This document shows, piece by piece, positions 8,101 to 15,896 of a stretch of DNA of 32,000 nt (positions are counted from its first letter, which is position 1; each line of letters starts with the position of its first letter). Made by a program: the position numbers and the translations under genes. This DNA is from Agromyces hippuratus (GTDB lineage: Bacteria; Actinomycetota; Actinomycetes; Actinomycetales; Microbacteriaceae), in contig NZ_JACCFI010000001.1 of NCBI RefSeq assembly GCF_013410355.1, forward strand, positions 3,069,858 through 3,101,857. Direction: 5' to 3'. A model generated the notes under the pieces. The model saw only the letters and a program-made list of their open reading frames with translations. It searched no databases and was not told the DNA's origin.

Positions 8101-11100
8101 CGAGAACTACGGCGTCGGCGGCGCGCCGGGCGGGGCGAATTACCAGTTCACCGCCACCACGGGCAAGCTCGTCGAGTTCCGATACACGCTCGCCACGCAC
8201 GTGCTCGAGATCGTCGTCACCGACCCGCCGCTCGCCGGCACCGGTGAGACGCGCGCGCACTGGGTCGGCGAGGACACGCTCGCGTGGCCCGCGGAACTCC
8301 TCGGCGGCGCCGAGGCAGCGGATGCCTCGTGGACCCTCGAGCACTCGGGCGACGCCGCGCTGGCCGTCGAGGGCGGCGTCGTCACCGGCGGCGGCGACCC
8401 GATCGAGCTCGAACTCGACCCCGACGGGCTCTCCGACGAGCAGCTCGCGACGTTCCCGGCACTCGAGGGCTACCTCGCCCTGCGCCCGGTCGGGCTCGAC
8501 CGCGGCGAGGTGCAGGGGCTCCTCACCGAGCAGCTCGCGGTCGCGCAGCGTTCGCTCCCTGAGCCTCTCCAAGGGTCGACGGGCTCGACGAACGACGAGC
8601 TGACCGCCTTCACCGGCGTGCAGCTGCCCGGCGTGCTCGACGCGCTCTACGGCGAGGCCGTGGCATCCGTCTCGCTCGGCGTCGACTGGCAGGGCGGCGA
8701 ACCGACGCTGGCCCTCTGGGCGCCGACGGCGCAGTCGGTCGCGCTCGAGGTCTTCCCGACCGGCGAGAGCGGCGAGCCCGTCGCGACCCCCGCCGTCTTC
8801 GACGACGAGACCGGCGTCTGGTCGGTCGAGGGTGCCGACGGTGCCGACGGCGGGCCGCTCGCGGCCGGCGACGAGTACCGCTGGTCGGTCGAGGTCTACG
8901 CGCCGAGCACCGGCGGGATCGAGACGAACTCGGTGACCGACCCGTACTCGGTCGCGCTCACGGCGAACTCGGTGCGCTCGGTCGTCGTCGACCTCGACGA
9001 CGAGTCGCTCCGCCCCGAGCAGTGGGAGGAGACGGCGGCGCCCGTCGTCGATCGCGCGGTCGACCGTGCGATCTACGAACTGCACGTGCGCGACTTCTCG
9101 ATCGGCGACGAGACCGTGCCGGCTGAGGAGCGCGGCACCTACCGCGCCTTCACGCGGGACTCGGCCGGCACCGCCCAGCTGGAGCAGCTCGCCGACGCCG
9201 GCATCAACACGGTGCACCTGCTGCCGACGTTCGACATCGCCACGATCGAGGAGAACCGGGCCGCTCAGGCGACGCCCGACTGCGACCTCGCGTCGTTCGG
9301 TCCGGCATCGCCCGAGCAGCAGGCGTGCATCGATGCGGTGCGCGATCTCGACGGCTTCAACTGGGGGTACGACCCGTTCCACTTCCAGGCGCCCGAGGGC
9401 TCGTACGCCGTCGACCCCGACGGCGGTGCCCGGGTCTCCGAGTTCCGCGAGATGGTCGGCGCGCTGCACGCCACGGGCCTCGCGGTCGTGCTCGACGAGG
9501 TCTACAACCACACCGCCGAGGCGGGCCAGGGCGGCAAGTCGGTGCTCGACAAGATCGTGCCCGGCTACTACCAGCGCCTGAACGCGGCCGGAAACGTCGA
9601 GACCTCGACGTGCTGCCAGAACGTGGCGACCGAGCACGACGTGGCGCAGAAGCTCATGGTCGACTCCGTCGTGCTGTGGGCGAGGGAGTACAAGGTCGAC
9701 GGCTTCCGCTTCGACCTCATGGGTCACCACTCGAAGGCCAACATGCTGGCGGTGCGTGCAGCCCTCGACGAGCTCACGCTCGAGGAGGACGGCGTCGACG
9801 GCAAGGCGGTCTACCTCTACGGCGAGGGCTGGAACTTCGGCGAGGTCGCGAACAACGCCCTGTTCGAGCAGGCCACGCAGGGCCAGCTCGGCGGCACGGG
9901 CATCGGCACCTTCAACGACCGGCTGCGCGACGCCGTGCACGGCGGCAGCCCGGTCGACGGCGCATCGACGTTCCAGCAGGGCTTCGGCACCGGGCTCGGC
10001 ACCGACCCCAACGGCCGGCCGGGCACGCCGTCGCAGGCCGACCAGCTCACCGACCTCGGCCACCAGACCGACCTGGTGAAGCTCGGCCTCGCGGGCAACC
10101 TCCGCGGCTACGAGCTGACGGATGCCTCGGGGCAGCTCGTGCGCGGCGACGCGCTCGACTACCGGGGTGCGCCGGCCGGATACGCCGATCAGCCCGACGA
10201 GGTCATCAACTACGTCGACGCCCATGACAACGAGACGCTCTACGACCTCTCGGTGTTCAAGCTGCCGACCGACACGACGATGGCCGACCGGGTGCGCATG
10301 AACACGCTCGAACTCGCGACCGTGACGCTGTCGCAGTCGCCCTCGTTCTGGCACGCCGGCACCGAGCTGCTGCGCTCGAAGTCGCTCGACCGCAACAGCT
10401 ACAACTCGGGCGACTGGTTCAACCGCATCGACTGGACCGGCCAGGAGTCGACCTTCGGGTCGGGCCTCCCGGGTGAGGCCGACAACGGCGGCAAGTGGGA
10501 GGCCATGGCGCCGCTCCTCGCCGACCCGGCGCTCAAGCCGGGCGCTGCGGACATCGCTGCGGCCGAGGCATCCGCCCTCGACCTGCTGCGCGTGCGTTCG
10601 ACGGTCGACCTGCTGCAGCTCGGTTCGGCCGAGCTCATCGATGAGAAGGTGTCGTTCCCGAACAGCGGGCCCGACGCGACCCCCGGCGTGATCGCGATGC
10701 AGATCGACGACCTCGTGGGCGACGACGTCGACCCCGAGCTCGACGGTGCGCTCGTCGTCTTCAACGCCTCGCCCGAGCCGGTCACCGAGACGGTCGCCGG
10801 GCTGGCCGGTCGCGAGTTCGCGCTCGCCGAGGCGCAGGCCAACGGTGCCGACGCCGTCGTGAAGACCACCACGTGGGATGCCGCGACGGGCTCGGTCACC
10901 GTTCCGGCGCGCAGCGTCGCCGTGCTCGTCGACGAGCAGCCGCCGCCGGCGGTGACGACCGTCACGGTCGCCGCGCCGACCAAGCTGTTCGCGAAGGCCG
11001 GGTCGGCGGTGAAGCTGCGGGGCACGGTGTTCGCCCTCGACGGCAGTGCGGCGGTCGGCACCGTGCGCGTGTACGACGGCGGCACGCTCATCGCCGAGGC

Positions 11101-11245
11101 CGACCTCGCCGCGAGCGACGAGGGGCGCATCGACGTCAAGCTGCCGAAGCTGCCGCGAGGCCTGCACCTCGTGCGGGCGGTGTTCGACGGCGGCGAGGGC
11201 TACGCGGACTCGCAGTCGTTCACGGTGCCGCTCATCCTCTGGTGA
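5108..11245 (+). CDS. Secreted bifunctional GH13 alpha-amylase / pullulanase (amylopullulanase-like), 2045 aa
   Basis: ATG at 5108 preceded by GGGAG; signal peptide MTQRARARSWFALVVAGGLAASVL...AATA. First GH13 module: DRFANGD, DIITNHTA, GFRIDTAKHV (about 6353-6380), FGEVYD, FLGNHDMGR. Second, pullulanase-type GH13 module: YELHVRDFS, LDEVYNHT, GFRFDLMGHH (9701-9730), YGEGWNFGE, YVDAHDNETL. Three copies of a beta-sandwich module start with G-S-x-x-S-E-x-G-C-x-x-D-W-x-P-x-C. C-terminal Ig-like region. Confidence 0.9.
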   Translation: MTQRARARSWFALVVAGGLAASVLTVIPGLAATADEARTFALVGSLQSELGCAADWAPDCAETELTATGTPGVFAADFTIPAGSWEYKVAVNDSWDEAYGLNGGGDNIPLTVAGDTAVRVVFDDNLKKVGLEATEATLRGAYEEASDAGLVADPVRQPGSDEVFYFVMTDRFANGDPANDQGGLEGDRMATGYDPTDKGFYNGGDLAGLRAQLDYIDGLGTTAIWLTPSFKNRPVQGEGSNASAGYHGYWITDFTQIDPHLGTNAELEALIAEAHDKGIKVYFDIITNHTADVIDYEEQQYSYVDQATSPYLDADGAAFEPADFADADTGADFPALDAATSFPYTPSLTADDTELKVPAWLNDPTLYHNRGDSTWEGESVTYGDFSGLDDLMTEHPTVVNGFVDVYQQWIDLGIDGFRIDTAKHVNFEFWEQWSTEVLDYAHGLGKQDFFMFGEVYDADPQKLSPYVRKTDMNSVLDFTFQSQAVSFAAGNSAKNLQSLFAGDDYYTTPDSSATALPTFLGNHDMGRVGYFLNSTDAPLQRDELAHELLFLTRGQPVVYYGDEQGFAGTGGDKDARQTLFASQVAEYQNQPLVTGETAGSVDRYATDAPLYEHISELAALRSAHPALATGAQIERYVDNGAGIYAFSRVDRTEQVEYLVAANNGAAAKTVDVSTLTKGGEFSVLSGGLRQAQAAEAVTANADGIASITVPPLGAVVWKADRPVSAPDAASAISVSTPVAGAGVSGITPVVADVDDATWQETSFAWRVAGATGDDAWHALGTAEDTSPRVFHDTAGLAQGTLLEYRAISTDAAGNRAAASTYASVGNAVNLVEEEEPEQPIDLVTVPGSHNSEMGCAGDWAPGCEAAKLTLRADGIYAGTFDVAAGDYEYKVAINGSWDLNYGANGEPNGGNVTYSHPGGPITFFWNPGTKVVSSTAEGPVVTLPGSFQSEVGCSDDWQPDCLASLMQDGDKDGVLTFATDEIPDGAYETKVAHGRSWDENYGVGGAPGGANYQFTATTGKLVEFRYTLATHVLEIVVTDPPLAGTGETRAHWVGEDTLAWPAELLGGAEAADASWTLEHSGDAALAVEGGVVTGGGDPIELELDPDGLSDEQLATFPALEGYLALRPVGLDRGEVQGLLTEQLAVAQRSLPEPLQGSTGSTNDELTAFTGVQLPGVLDALYGEAVASVSLGVDWQGGEPTLALWAPTAQSVALEVFPTGESGEPVATPAVFDDETGVWSVEGADGADGGPLAAGDEYRWSVEVYAPSTGGIETNSVTDPYSVALTANSVRSVVVDLDDESLRPEQWEETAAPVVDRAVDRAIYELHVRDFSIGDETVPAEERGTYRAFTRDSAGTAQLEQLADAGINTVHLLPTFDIATIEENRAAQATPDCDLASFGPASPEQQACIDAVRDLDGFNWGYDPFHFQAPEGSYAVDPDGGARVSEFREMVGALHATGLAVVLDEVYNHTAEAGQGGKSVLDKIVPGYYQRLNAAGNVETSTCCQNVATEHDVAQKLMVDSVVLWAREYKVDGFRFDLMGHHSKANMLAVRAALDELTLEEDGVDGKAVYLYGEGWNFGEVANNALFEQATQGQLGGTGIGTFNDRLRDAVHGGSPVDGASTFQQGFGTGLGTDPNGRPGTPSQADQLTDLGHQTDLVKLGLAGNLRGYELTDASGQLVRGDALDYRGAPAGYADQPDEVINYVDAHDNETLYDLSVFKLPTDTTMADRVRMNTLELATVTLSQSPSFWHAGTELLRSKSLDRNSYNSGDWFNRIDWTGQESTFGSGLPGEADNGGKWEAMAPLLADPALKPGAADIAAAEASALDLLRVRSTVDLLQLGSAELIDEKVSFPNSGPDATPGVIAMQIDDLVGDDVDPELDGALVVFNASPEPVTETVAGLAGREFALAEAQANGADAVVKTTTWDAATGSVTVPARSVAVLVDEQPPPAVTTVTVAAPTKLFAKAGSAVKLRGTVFALDGSAAVGTVRVYDGGTLIAEADLAASDEGRIDVKLPKLPRGLHLVRAVFDGGEGYADSQSFTVPLILW
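7168..7190 (+). repeat. In-CDS copy of the repeat arm (CCTTCGACAGGCTCAGGCAGCAG)
   Basis: 21/22 identical to 593-614 but read in a different frame (GLRQAQAAE). Confidence 0.6.
8558..8595 (+). repeat. Degenerate compact repeat copy inside the amylopullulanase CDS
   Basis: CCCTGAGCCTCTCCAAGG resembles the L arm and GTCGACGGGCTCGACGAACG the R arm. Read as LPEPLQGSTGSTNDE. Confidence 0.45.
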
Positions 11246-11246
11246 T

Positions 11247-11281
11247 CGGTTCGGGCCGGGATCATTCCCCGGCCCGAACCG
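11247..11281. terminator. Bidirectional intrinsic-terminator-like hairpin between convergent genes
   Basis: Perfect 14-bp GC-rich stem CGGTTCGGGCCGGG / CCCGGCCCGAACCG with a 7-nt loop ATCATTC. It starts 2 nt after the amylopullulanase stop. The MFS stop codon (11262-11264) lies in the loop. Confidence 0.7.
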
Positions 11282-12491
11282 GCCGGAAGGCCGCACGCGC
11301 CGTCGCGGCGATGAGCGCGGCGACGGCGAGCAGCGCCAGTGCGAGCCACGGCAGCACCTCGACCCCTACCTCGTCGAGGGCGAGGCCGCCGAGGAAGGCA
11401 CCGGCCGCGATCGCGCCGTTCCACGTCGCGACGACCATGGACTGCGCGACATCCGCCGCATCGCCCGCGATGCGCGCCGGTGCCGCCTGCAGCAGGGTCG
11501 GGGCGCTGCCGTAGGCGATGCCCCACACCGCGAGCGCCACGAAGACGACGACGGGCTGGCCCGCGAAGAGGCCGATGGCGATCATGGCGAGGCCGAGCAG
11601 GGCCGTCGCGACGAGCACCATCGAGCGCATCCAGCGGTCGACGAGGGCGCCGGCGCCGATCACGCCGATCACGGCCAGCACGCCGAAGACGAGCAGCGCC
11701 AGGTCGAGGTGCCGGTCGATGCCCGAGGCCACGGTGATCGGGGCGATGTAGGTGTACGCGATGTTGTGGGCGAGCACGAACAGGCCGGTCGTCGCGAGCA
11801 CGGCGACGAGTCCCGGCATCCGCAGCACGGATGCCAGGCCGGGCCGCTGCCCGGAGCGCTCGCCCGGGAACGAGGGCAGTGCGGCTGCGGCCCAGATCGC
11901 GAGCCCGACTCCCACGACGGCGATGACGCCGAAGGCGGCCCGCCAGCCGATCGCGGCGCCGAGGGTCGTCGCGATCGGCAGGCCGAACGCGAAGGCGAGC
12001 GGGGTGCCGACCATGGCGATCGACAGGGCGCGGCCGGAGTGCTCGGGCTCGACGGTCCGCATGGCGTAGCCCGCCGCCATCGCCCAGAGCAGTCCGGCGA
12101 GCATGCCGCCGAACATGCGGGCGATGAGGATCACCGTGTAGGAGTCGGCGATCGCCGTGACGCCGTTGACGAGGGCGAACCCGATGACGAGCCCGACGAG
12201 CAGGGGCTTCCGCGGCAGGCTGCGGGTGACGGCGGTGAGCGGGATCGCGGTGATCGCGGTGGTGACCGCGTAGATCGCCACGAGCTGGCCGATCTGCGAT
12301 TCGGACGCCCCGAGGTCGGCGCTCATCTGCGGCAGGAGCCCGGCCGGGAGGATCTCGGTGACGACCCCGGTGAACACGACGGCGGCGAGGGCGAGCAGCC
12401 CGTTGAGCGGCAGGCGCGTGCGCGGTCGGCGTGCGCGGTCCGGCGCGGCGAGTGATGGCGGGGTGGAACGGTCGGTGATCGGTGATGCCAT
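11262..12491 (-). CDS. MFS transporter (12-TM-like)
   Basis: Hydrophobic polytopic protein with MFS-like loop motifs (for example PLTAVTRSLPRKP between TM2 and TM3). ATG at 12491 is preferred over the ORF-track start at 12542 because it leaves a 71-bp divergent control region. Convergent with the amylopullulanase gene. Confidence 0.8.
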   Translation of the reverse strand: MASPITDRSTPPSLAAPDRARRPRTRLPLNGLLALAAVVFTGVVTEILPAGLLPQMSADLGASESQIGQLVAIYAVTTAITAIPLTAVTRSLPRKPLLVGLVIGFALVNGVTAIADSYTVILIARMFGGMLAGLLWAMAAGYAMRTVEPEHSGRALSIAMVGTPLAFAFGLPIATTLGAAIGWRAAFGVIAVVGVGLAIWAAAALPSFPGERSGQRPGLASVLRMPGLVAVLATTGLFVLAHNIAYTYIAPITVASGIDRHLDLALLVFGVLAVIGVIGAGALVDRWMRSMVLVATALLGLAMIAIGLFAGQPVVVFVALAVWGIAYGSAPTLLQAAPARIAGDAADVAQSMVVATWNGAIAAGAFLGGLALDEVGVEVLPWLALALLAVAALIAATARAAFRPVRAGE

Positions 12492-12507
12492 GTCGACAGT
12501 GTCGAAC

Positions 12508-12531
12508 CTTGACACTAGTGTGAAGGTCAAG
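12508..12531. promoter_or_regulatory. Candidate MerR-type operator in the divergent MFS/MerR intergenic region
   Basis: CTTGAC-N12-GTCAAG inverted repeat, containing the perfect 10-bp palindrome ACACTAGTGT (12512-12521) and TTGACA/TTGACC -35-like hexamers on both strands. Confidence 0.35.
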
Positions 12532-12562
12532 TCGCGAGCCACGCGACGACACAGGAGGCGGC

Positions 12563-12925
12563 ATGCGCATCGGCGAACTCTCGACGCGAACCGGCGTGGC
12601 GACGCGCCTGCTCCGCTACTACGAGGAGCAGGGGCTCGTGAGCTCGACGCGCGAGCACAACGGCTACCGCGACTACGCCGACGCGGCGATCGAACGGGTG
12701 AACCAGGTGCGCGGCCTCATCGAGGCGGGCATCCCGACCGCGGTGATCCGCGACATGCTGCCGTGCCTCGCGAACACCTCGCTCGTCGAGGCGCCCGTCA
12801 TCCAGCGAGAACTCGCCGAGACCCTCGCCGAGCGCCGCGCCCAACTCGATCAGCGCATCGGATGCCTCGCGAAGAACCGCGACGCGATCACGACCTACCT
12901 CGAGCGAGCGACCGTCACGGGGTGA
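12563..12925 (+). CDS. MerR family transcriptional regulator
   Basis: N-terminal HTH MRIGELSTRTGVATRLLRYYEEQGLV, then a coiled-coil-like C-terminus. AGGAGG (12553-12558) 4 nt upstream of the ATG. Confidence 0.9.
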   Translation: MRIGELSTRTGVATRLLRYYEEQGLVSSTREHNGYRDYADAAIERVNQVRGLIEAGIPTAVIRDMLPCLANTSLVEAPVIQRELAETLAERRAQLDQRIGCLAKNRDAITTYLERATVTG

Positions 12926-12929
12926 CGCC

Positions 12930-12970
12930 GGCGTCGTGACGACGCCACGGGTCGGGTGGGAGATCTCCCA
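12930..12970. terminator. Two small palindromes between convergent genes (possible terminators)
   Basis: GGCGTCG-TGA-CGACGCC (12930-12946) and the perfect 14-bp palindrome TGGGAGATCTCCCA (12957-12970). No U-tract. Confidence 0.35.
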
Positions 12971-13010
12971 TCCGGCCCGCGGCGCTCGGTCGTTCGAGGC
13001 TCGCCGTGGA

Positions 13011-13433
13011 TCAGACGGGGAACGGAAGGTCGACGCCGCACGTCTCGAAGCTGCTGACGATGTCAGCCCCGTGCGCGGCGAAGATCTCGTCGATGCCCTG
13101 GCCGTCGCCGGCCTTGTCCTCGTGCGGGTTGTTGCCGGCGACGACGCCATCCTGGCCATTCGCACCCTTCACATGGATGGTGAACGACATGGGCGCGCCG
13201 GTCGCCGCGTAGGCGTCGAGCACGCACTCCGCGTCGGCCTCGGGCAGGCCGGTCGTGAGTTCCTCGACGTGGACCGTGAACCAGGCCTGCGAGTTCGACG
13301 CCCCGGCATTGCCCTGCTCGGAGCGGTTCGGGTTGAAGCACTCGTGCGCGTAGGCCGCCGTGCCGGTGCCGAGCGCGACGGCCGCGGCAAGCGCGACGCC
13401 TGCGCCGATGTTGGTCAGAGTTCGCTTGAACAT
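13011..13433 (-). CDS. Small secreted protein of unknown function (140 aa)
   Basis: ATG at 13433 with GGAGG 7 nt upstream. Signal peptide MFKRTLTNIGAGVALAAAVALGTGTAAYA. Mature part has 3 Cys and I recognise no motif in it. Confidence 0.7.
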   Translation of the reverse strand: MFKRTLTNIGAGVALAAAVALGTGTAAYAHECFNPNRSEQGNAGASNSQAWFTVHVEELTTGLPEADAECVLDAYAATGAPMSFTIHVKGANGQDGVVAGNNPHEDKAGDGQGIDEIFAAHGADIVSSFETCGVDLPFPV

Positions 13434-13576
13434 GTGATTCCTCCGGGTAAGTGAGGTGCGCAATTCGCATGCGCGCACAGACCCCACGGTCGCGCCCGGT
13501 TCGGCGCGAGGCATCCGTGCTCTCCCTGAATAGCGGAGTGGGGCTCATGTTTCCCTCCCCAGATGTGGGGGTCTGC

Positions 13577-14590
13577 CTACGGGGTCCGCTCCGCGTGCCG
13601 CCCGGCCGCGGCCTCGGCGAGCACCGCATGGCAGCGCACGATGCGCTCGAACCACCACTCGGTGCGCTCGGGCGACGCGGCGTACCGCTCGAGCAGGTCG
13701 AGGTGGGGCAGCACTCGACGCACGGGGATCGACCCGTCTTCGGGCAGCAACGGCGACCGCGTGACATCCGCTGCCAGGAGCGACGCGGTGCCGAGCCCGC
13801 AGTCGAATTCGAGCGCGGGCACGGATGCCGCGAGGTGCGCGCCCATCGACAGGCCGATGCTCGTGTCGAGGGCGCTCGACACCACGACGGGCAGGCCCGT
13901 GCGGCCGATGAGCTCGAGCGCGCGGTGGATGCCGCCGAGCGGCGGCGCCTTGATCACGAGCAGGTCGGCGGCACCGGCCTCGGCGACCGCGAGCGGGTCG
14001 TCGGCGCGGCGCACGCTCTCGTCGGCGGCGATCGGCACCCCCATGTACTTCGTGCGGCGGCGGATCTCGGCGAGCTCCTCGACGCTCGCGCACGGCTGCT
14101 CGACGTACTCGAGGTCGAACGGCGCGAGCGCGTGGATCGCGTGCTCGGCCTCGTCGACGTTCCATCCGGCGTTGGCGTCGACCCGGATGCGGCCCTCGGG
14201 GCCGAGCGCCTCGCGCACGGCGCGCACACGGGCGACATCCTGTGCGAGCGTCTGGTCGGGGCTTCCGACCTTGACTTTCGCCGTACGGCATCCGGGGAAA
14301 CGCGCGAGCACGGCGGCGACGCTGTCGGGGTCGACCGCCGGTACGGTCGCGTTCACCGGGATGCGGTCGCGGAACGCGGGCGGCGGGGCCGTCCAGCCGA
14401 AGTCGATCGCGGCCGCCAGCCAGGCGGATGCCTCGTCGTCGCCGTACTCGGCGAACGGGGAGAACTCGGTCCAGCCCTCGGGCCCTTCGAAGAGCAGCGC
14501 CTCGCGCACGTCGATGCCGCGGAACCGCGTCACGAGAGGGAGGGCCACGACTCTTGCGGTGGCGAGCAGTTCGTTCGGCTCGGGCAGCAT
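13577..14590 (-). CDS. menC: o-Succinylbenzoate synthase (enolase superfamily)
   Basis: Begins MLPEPNELL. Enolase-superfamily metal ligands in context (KVKVG, RVDANAGW, LEYVEQP, IAADES, VIKAPPLGG). The ORF-track entry 13577..15874 is an in-frame upstream run-on that overlaps menB antisense. Confidence 0.85.
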   Translation of the reverse strand: MLPEPNELLATARVVALPLVTRFRGIDVREALLFEGPEGWTEFSPFAEYGDDEASAWLAAAIDFGWTAPPPAFRDRIPVNATVPAVDPDSVAAVLARFPGCRTAKVKVGSPDQTLAQDVARVRAVREALGPEGRIRVDANAGWNVDEAEHAIHALAPFDLEYVEQPCASVEELAEIRRRTKYMGVPIAADESVRRADDPLAVAEAGAADLLVIKAPPLGGIHRALELIGRTGLPVVVSSALDTSIGLSMGAHLAASVPALEFDCGLGTASLLAADVTRSPLLPEDGSIPVRRVLPHLDLLERYAASPERTEWWFERIVRCHAVLAEAAAGRHAERTP

Positions 14591-14633
14591 GTGCCCAGTC
14601 TCGCACCCCGGGTCGCGAAGAGGGCGGCCTGTT

Positions 14634-14710
14634 AGGGTGAACGCCCACGAGGAGGTGTCGCATTGGCGGACAGCAGCACGTCTGCTCAGGGTGAACGCCC
14701 ACGGGAGGTG
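14634..14710 (+). repeat. Direct duplication of a 23-24-bp SD-containing segment
   Basis: AGGGTGAACGCCCACGAGGAGGTG (14634-14657) and AGGGTGAACGCCCACGGGAGGTG (14688-14710). Each is followed by an in-frame start (TTG 14663, ATG 14714). Confidence 0.8.
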
Positions 14711-14713
14711 CAC

Positions 14714-14926
14714 ATGGACGGACTGCAGCAGCTCGGCATCGACGGCGTCGAGATGCCCGAGGAGCCGGTCTCGAAGAACGTGCTCATCGGCGTCGGGGGA
14801 GTGCTGCTGGTGATCGCGGCGCTGATCCCGATCACCGCAGCGGTCATCACGGTCGTGTTCGTCGTCACGACGTACGTCACGTGGTTCTTCGAATCCGGCA
14901 TGATCGGCTTCCTCGGCGGGGACTGA
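14714..14926 (+). CDS. Small membrane protein (70 aa; alternative TTG start at 14663 gives 87 aa)
   Basis: By hand count only 4 of 70 codons end in A/T (GC3 about 94%). GGGAGG sits 5 nt upstream of the ATG. One long hydrophobic stretch, VLIGVGGVLLVIAALIPITAAVITVVFVV. Confidence 0.65.
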   Translation: MDGLQQLGIDGVEMPEEPVSKNVLIGVGGVLLVIAALIPITAAVITVVFVVTTYVTWFFESGMIGFLGGD

Positions 14927-14947
14927 ATCGACGCGACGCCCGCGGAA

Positions 14948-14953
14948 TAGGCT
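14948..14953 (+). promoter_or_regulatory. Candidate -10 box (TAGGCT) for leaderless menB
   Basis: TAGGCT, then 6 nt, then ATG at 14960. Confidence 0.45.
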
Positions 14954-14959
14954 TGGGGC

Positions 14960-15880
14960 ATGAGCGCCGAGGTGTCTGAACTGTTCGATGCGAGCGAGTG
15001 GATCGAGGCGGCATCCGCGGTCGGATTCACCGACATCACGTACCACCACTCGAACGACGGCCGCATCGCGCGCATCGCGTTCGACCGGCCCGAGGTGCGC
15101 AACGCGTTCCGCCCGCACACGGTCGACGAGCTCTACCGCGCCCTCGAAGACGCGCGCACGAACCCGCGCATCGGCGTCGTGCTGCTGACCGGCAACGGGC
15201 CGAGCGCGAAGGACGGCGGCTGGGCGTTCTGCTCGGGCGGCGACCAGCGCATCCGCGGGCGCGACGGCTACCAGTACTCGGCCGACGAGACCGAGGTCGT
15301 GCGCGACCCCGCAGCGGCGGCCAGCACGGGGCGCCTGCACATCCTCGAGGTGCAGCGGCTCATCCGCTTCATGCCGAAGGTCGTCATCGCGGTCGTGCCC
15401 GGCTGGGCGGCCGGTGGCGGCCACTCGCTGCACGTCGTCTGCGACCTGACCATCGCGAGCCGCGAGCAGGGCCGGTTCAAGCAGACCGACGCCGATGTGG
15501 GCAGCTTCGACGCCGGCTACGGCTCGGCGTACTTCGCACGCCAGATCGGCCAGAAGTTCGCGCGCGAGGTGTTCTTCCTCGCCGAGGAGTACTCGGCCGA
15601 GCGGGCCTACGAGATGGGCGCGGTGAACCGGGTCGTGCCGCACGCGGAGCTCGAGCGCGAGGCCATCGCGATGGCCCGCACGATCCTCACGAAGTCGCCG
15701 ACCGCGGTGCGCATGCTGAAGTTCGCGTTCAACGCGGTCGACGACGGCATGGTCGGCCAGCAGGTCTTCGCGGGCGAGGCCACGCGTCTCGCCTACGGCA
15801 CCGACGAGGCCGTCGAGGGCCGCGACGCCTTCCTCGAGAAGCGCGACCCCGACTGGGGCCCGTACCCGTGGCACTACTGA
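14960..15880 (+). CDS. menB: 1,4-Dihydroxy-2-naphthoyl-CoA synthase (crotonase fold)
   Basis: Typical MenB sequence: RPEVRNAFRP, VVLLTGNGPS..GGWAFCSGGDQRIRG, GWAAGGGHSLHVVCDL, DADVGSFD, and the C-terminal EGRDAFLEKRDPDW. Confidence 0.95.
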   Translation: MSAEVSELFDASEWIEAASAVGFTDITYHHSNDGRIARIAFDRPEVRNAFRPHTVDELYRALEDARTNPRIGVVLLTGNGPSAKDGGWAFCSGGDQRIRGRDGYQYSADETEVVRDPAAAASTGRLHILEVQRLIRFMPKVVIAVVPGWAAGGGHSLHVVCDLTIASREQGRFKQTDADVGSFDAGYGSAYFARQIGQKFAREVFFLAEEYSAERAYEMGAVNRVVPHAELEREAIAMARTILTKSPTAVRMLKFAFNAVDDGMVGQQVFAGEATRLAYGTDEAVEGRDAFLEKRDPDWGPYPWHY

Positions 15881-15896
15881 TGCGGCGGCGCCGTCG

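Noticed and set aside
5102-11296. 2064-aa ORF antisense to the amylopullulanase gene
   Set aside because: It is a typical high-GC antisense open frame. It is extremely Arg/Gly/Asp/Val/His rich with no motifs, its third-codon positions are not GC-enriched in that frame, and the plus-strand frame has unmistakable GH13 motifs.
12936-13454. Plus-strand 172-aa ORF and other ORFs overlapping the small secreted protein gene
   Set aside because: They have no SD or signal features, their composition is Arg/Gly-rich, and the minus-strand frame has an SD plus a signal peptide.
14591-15874. N-terminal 428 aa of the 765-aa ORF 13577..15874 (minus)
   Set aside because: The recognisable MenC sequence begins at the ATG at 14590. 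The upstream part is antisense to menB and the small membrane gene and is compositionally non-coding in that frame.
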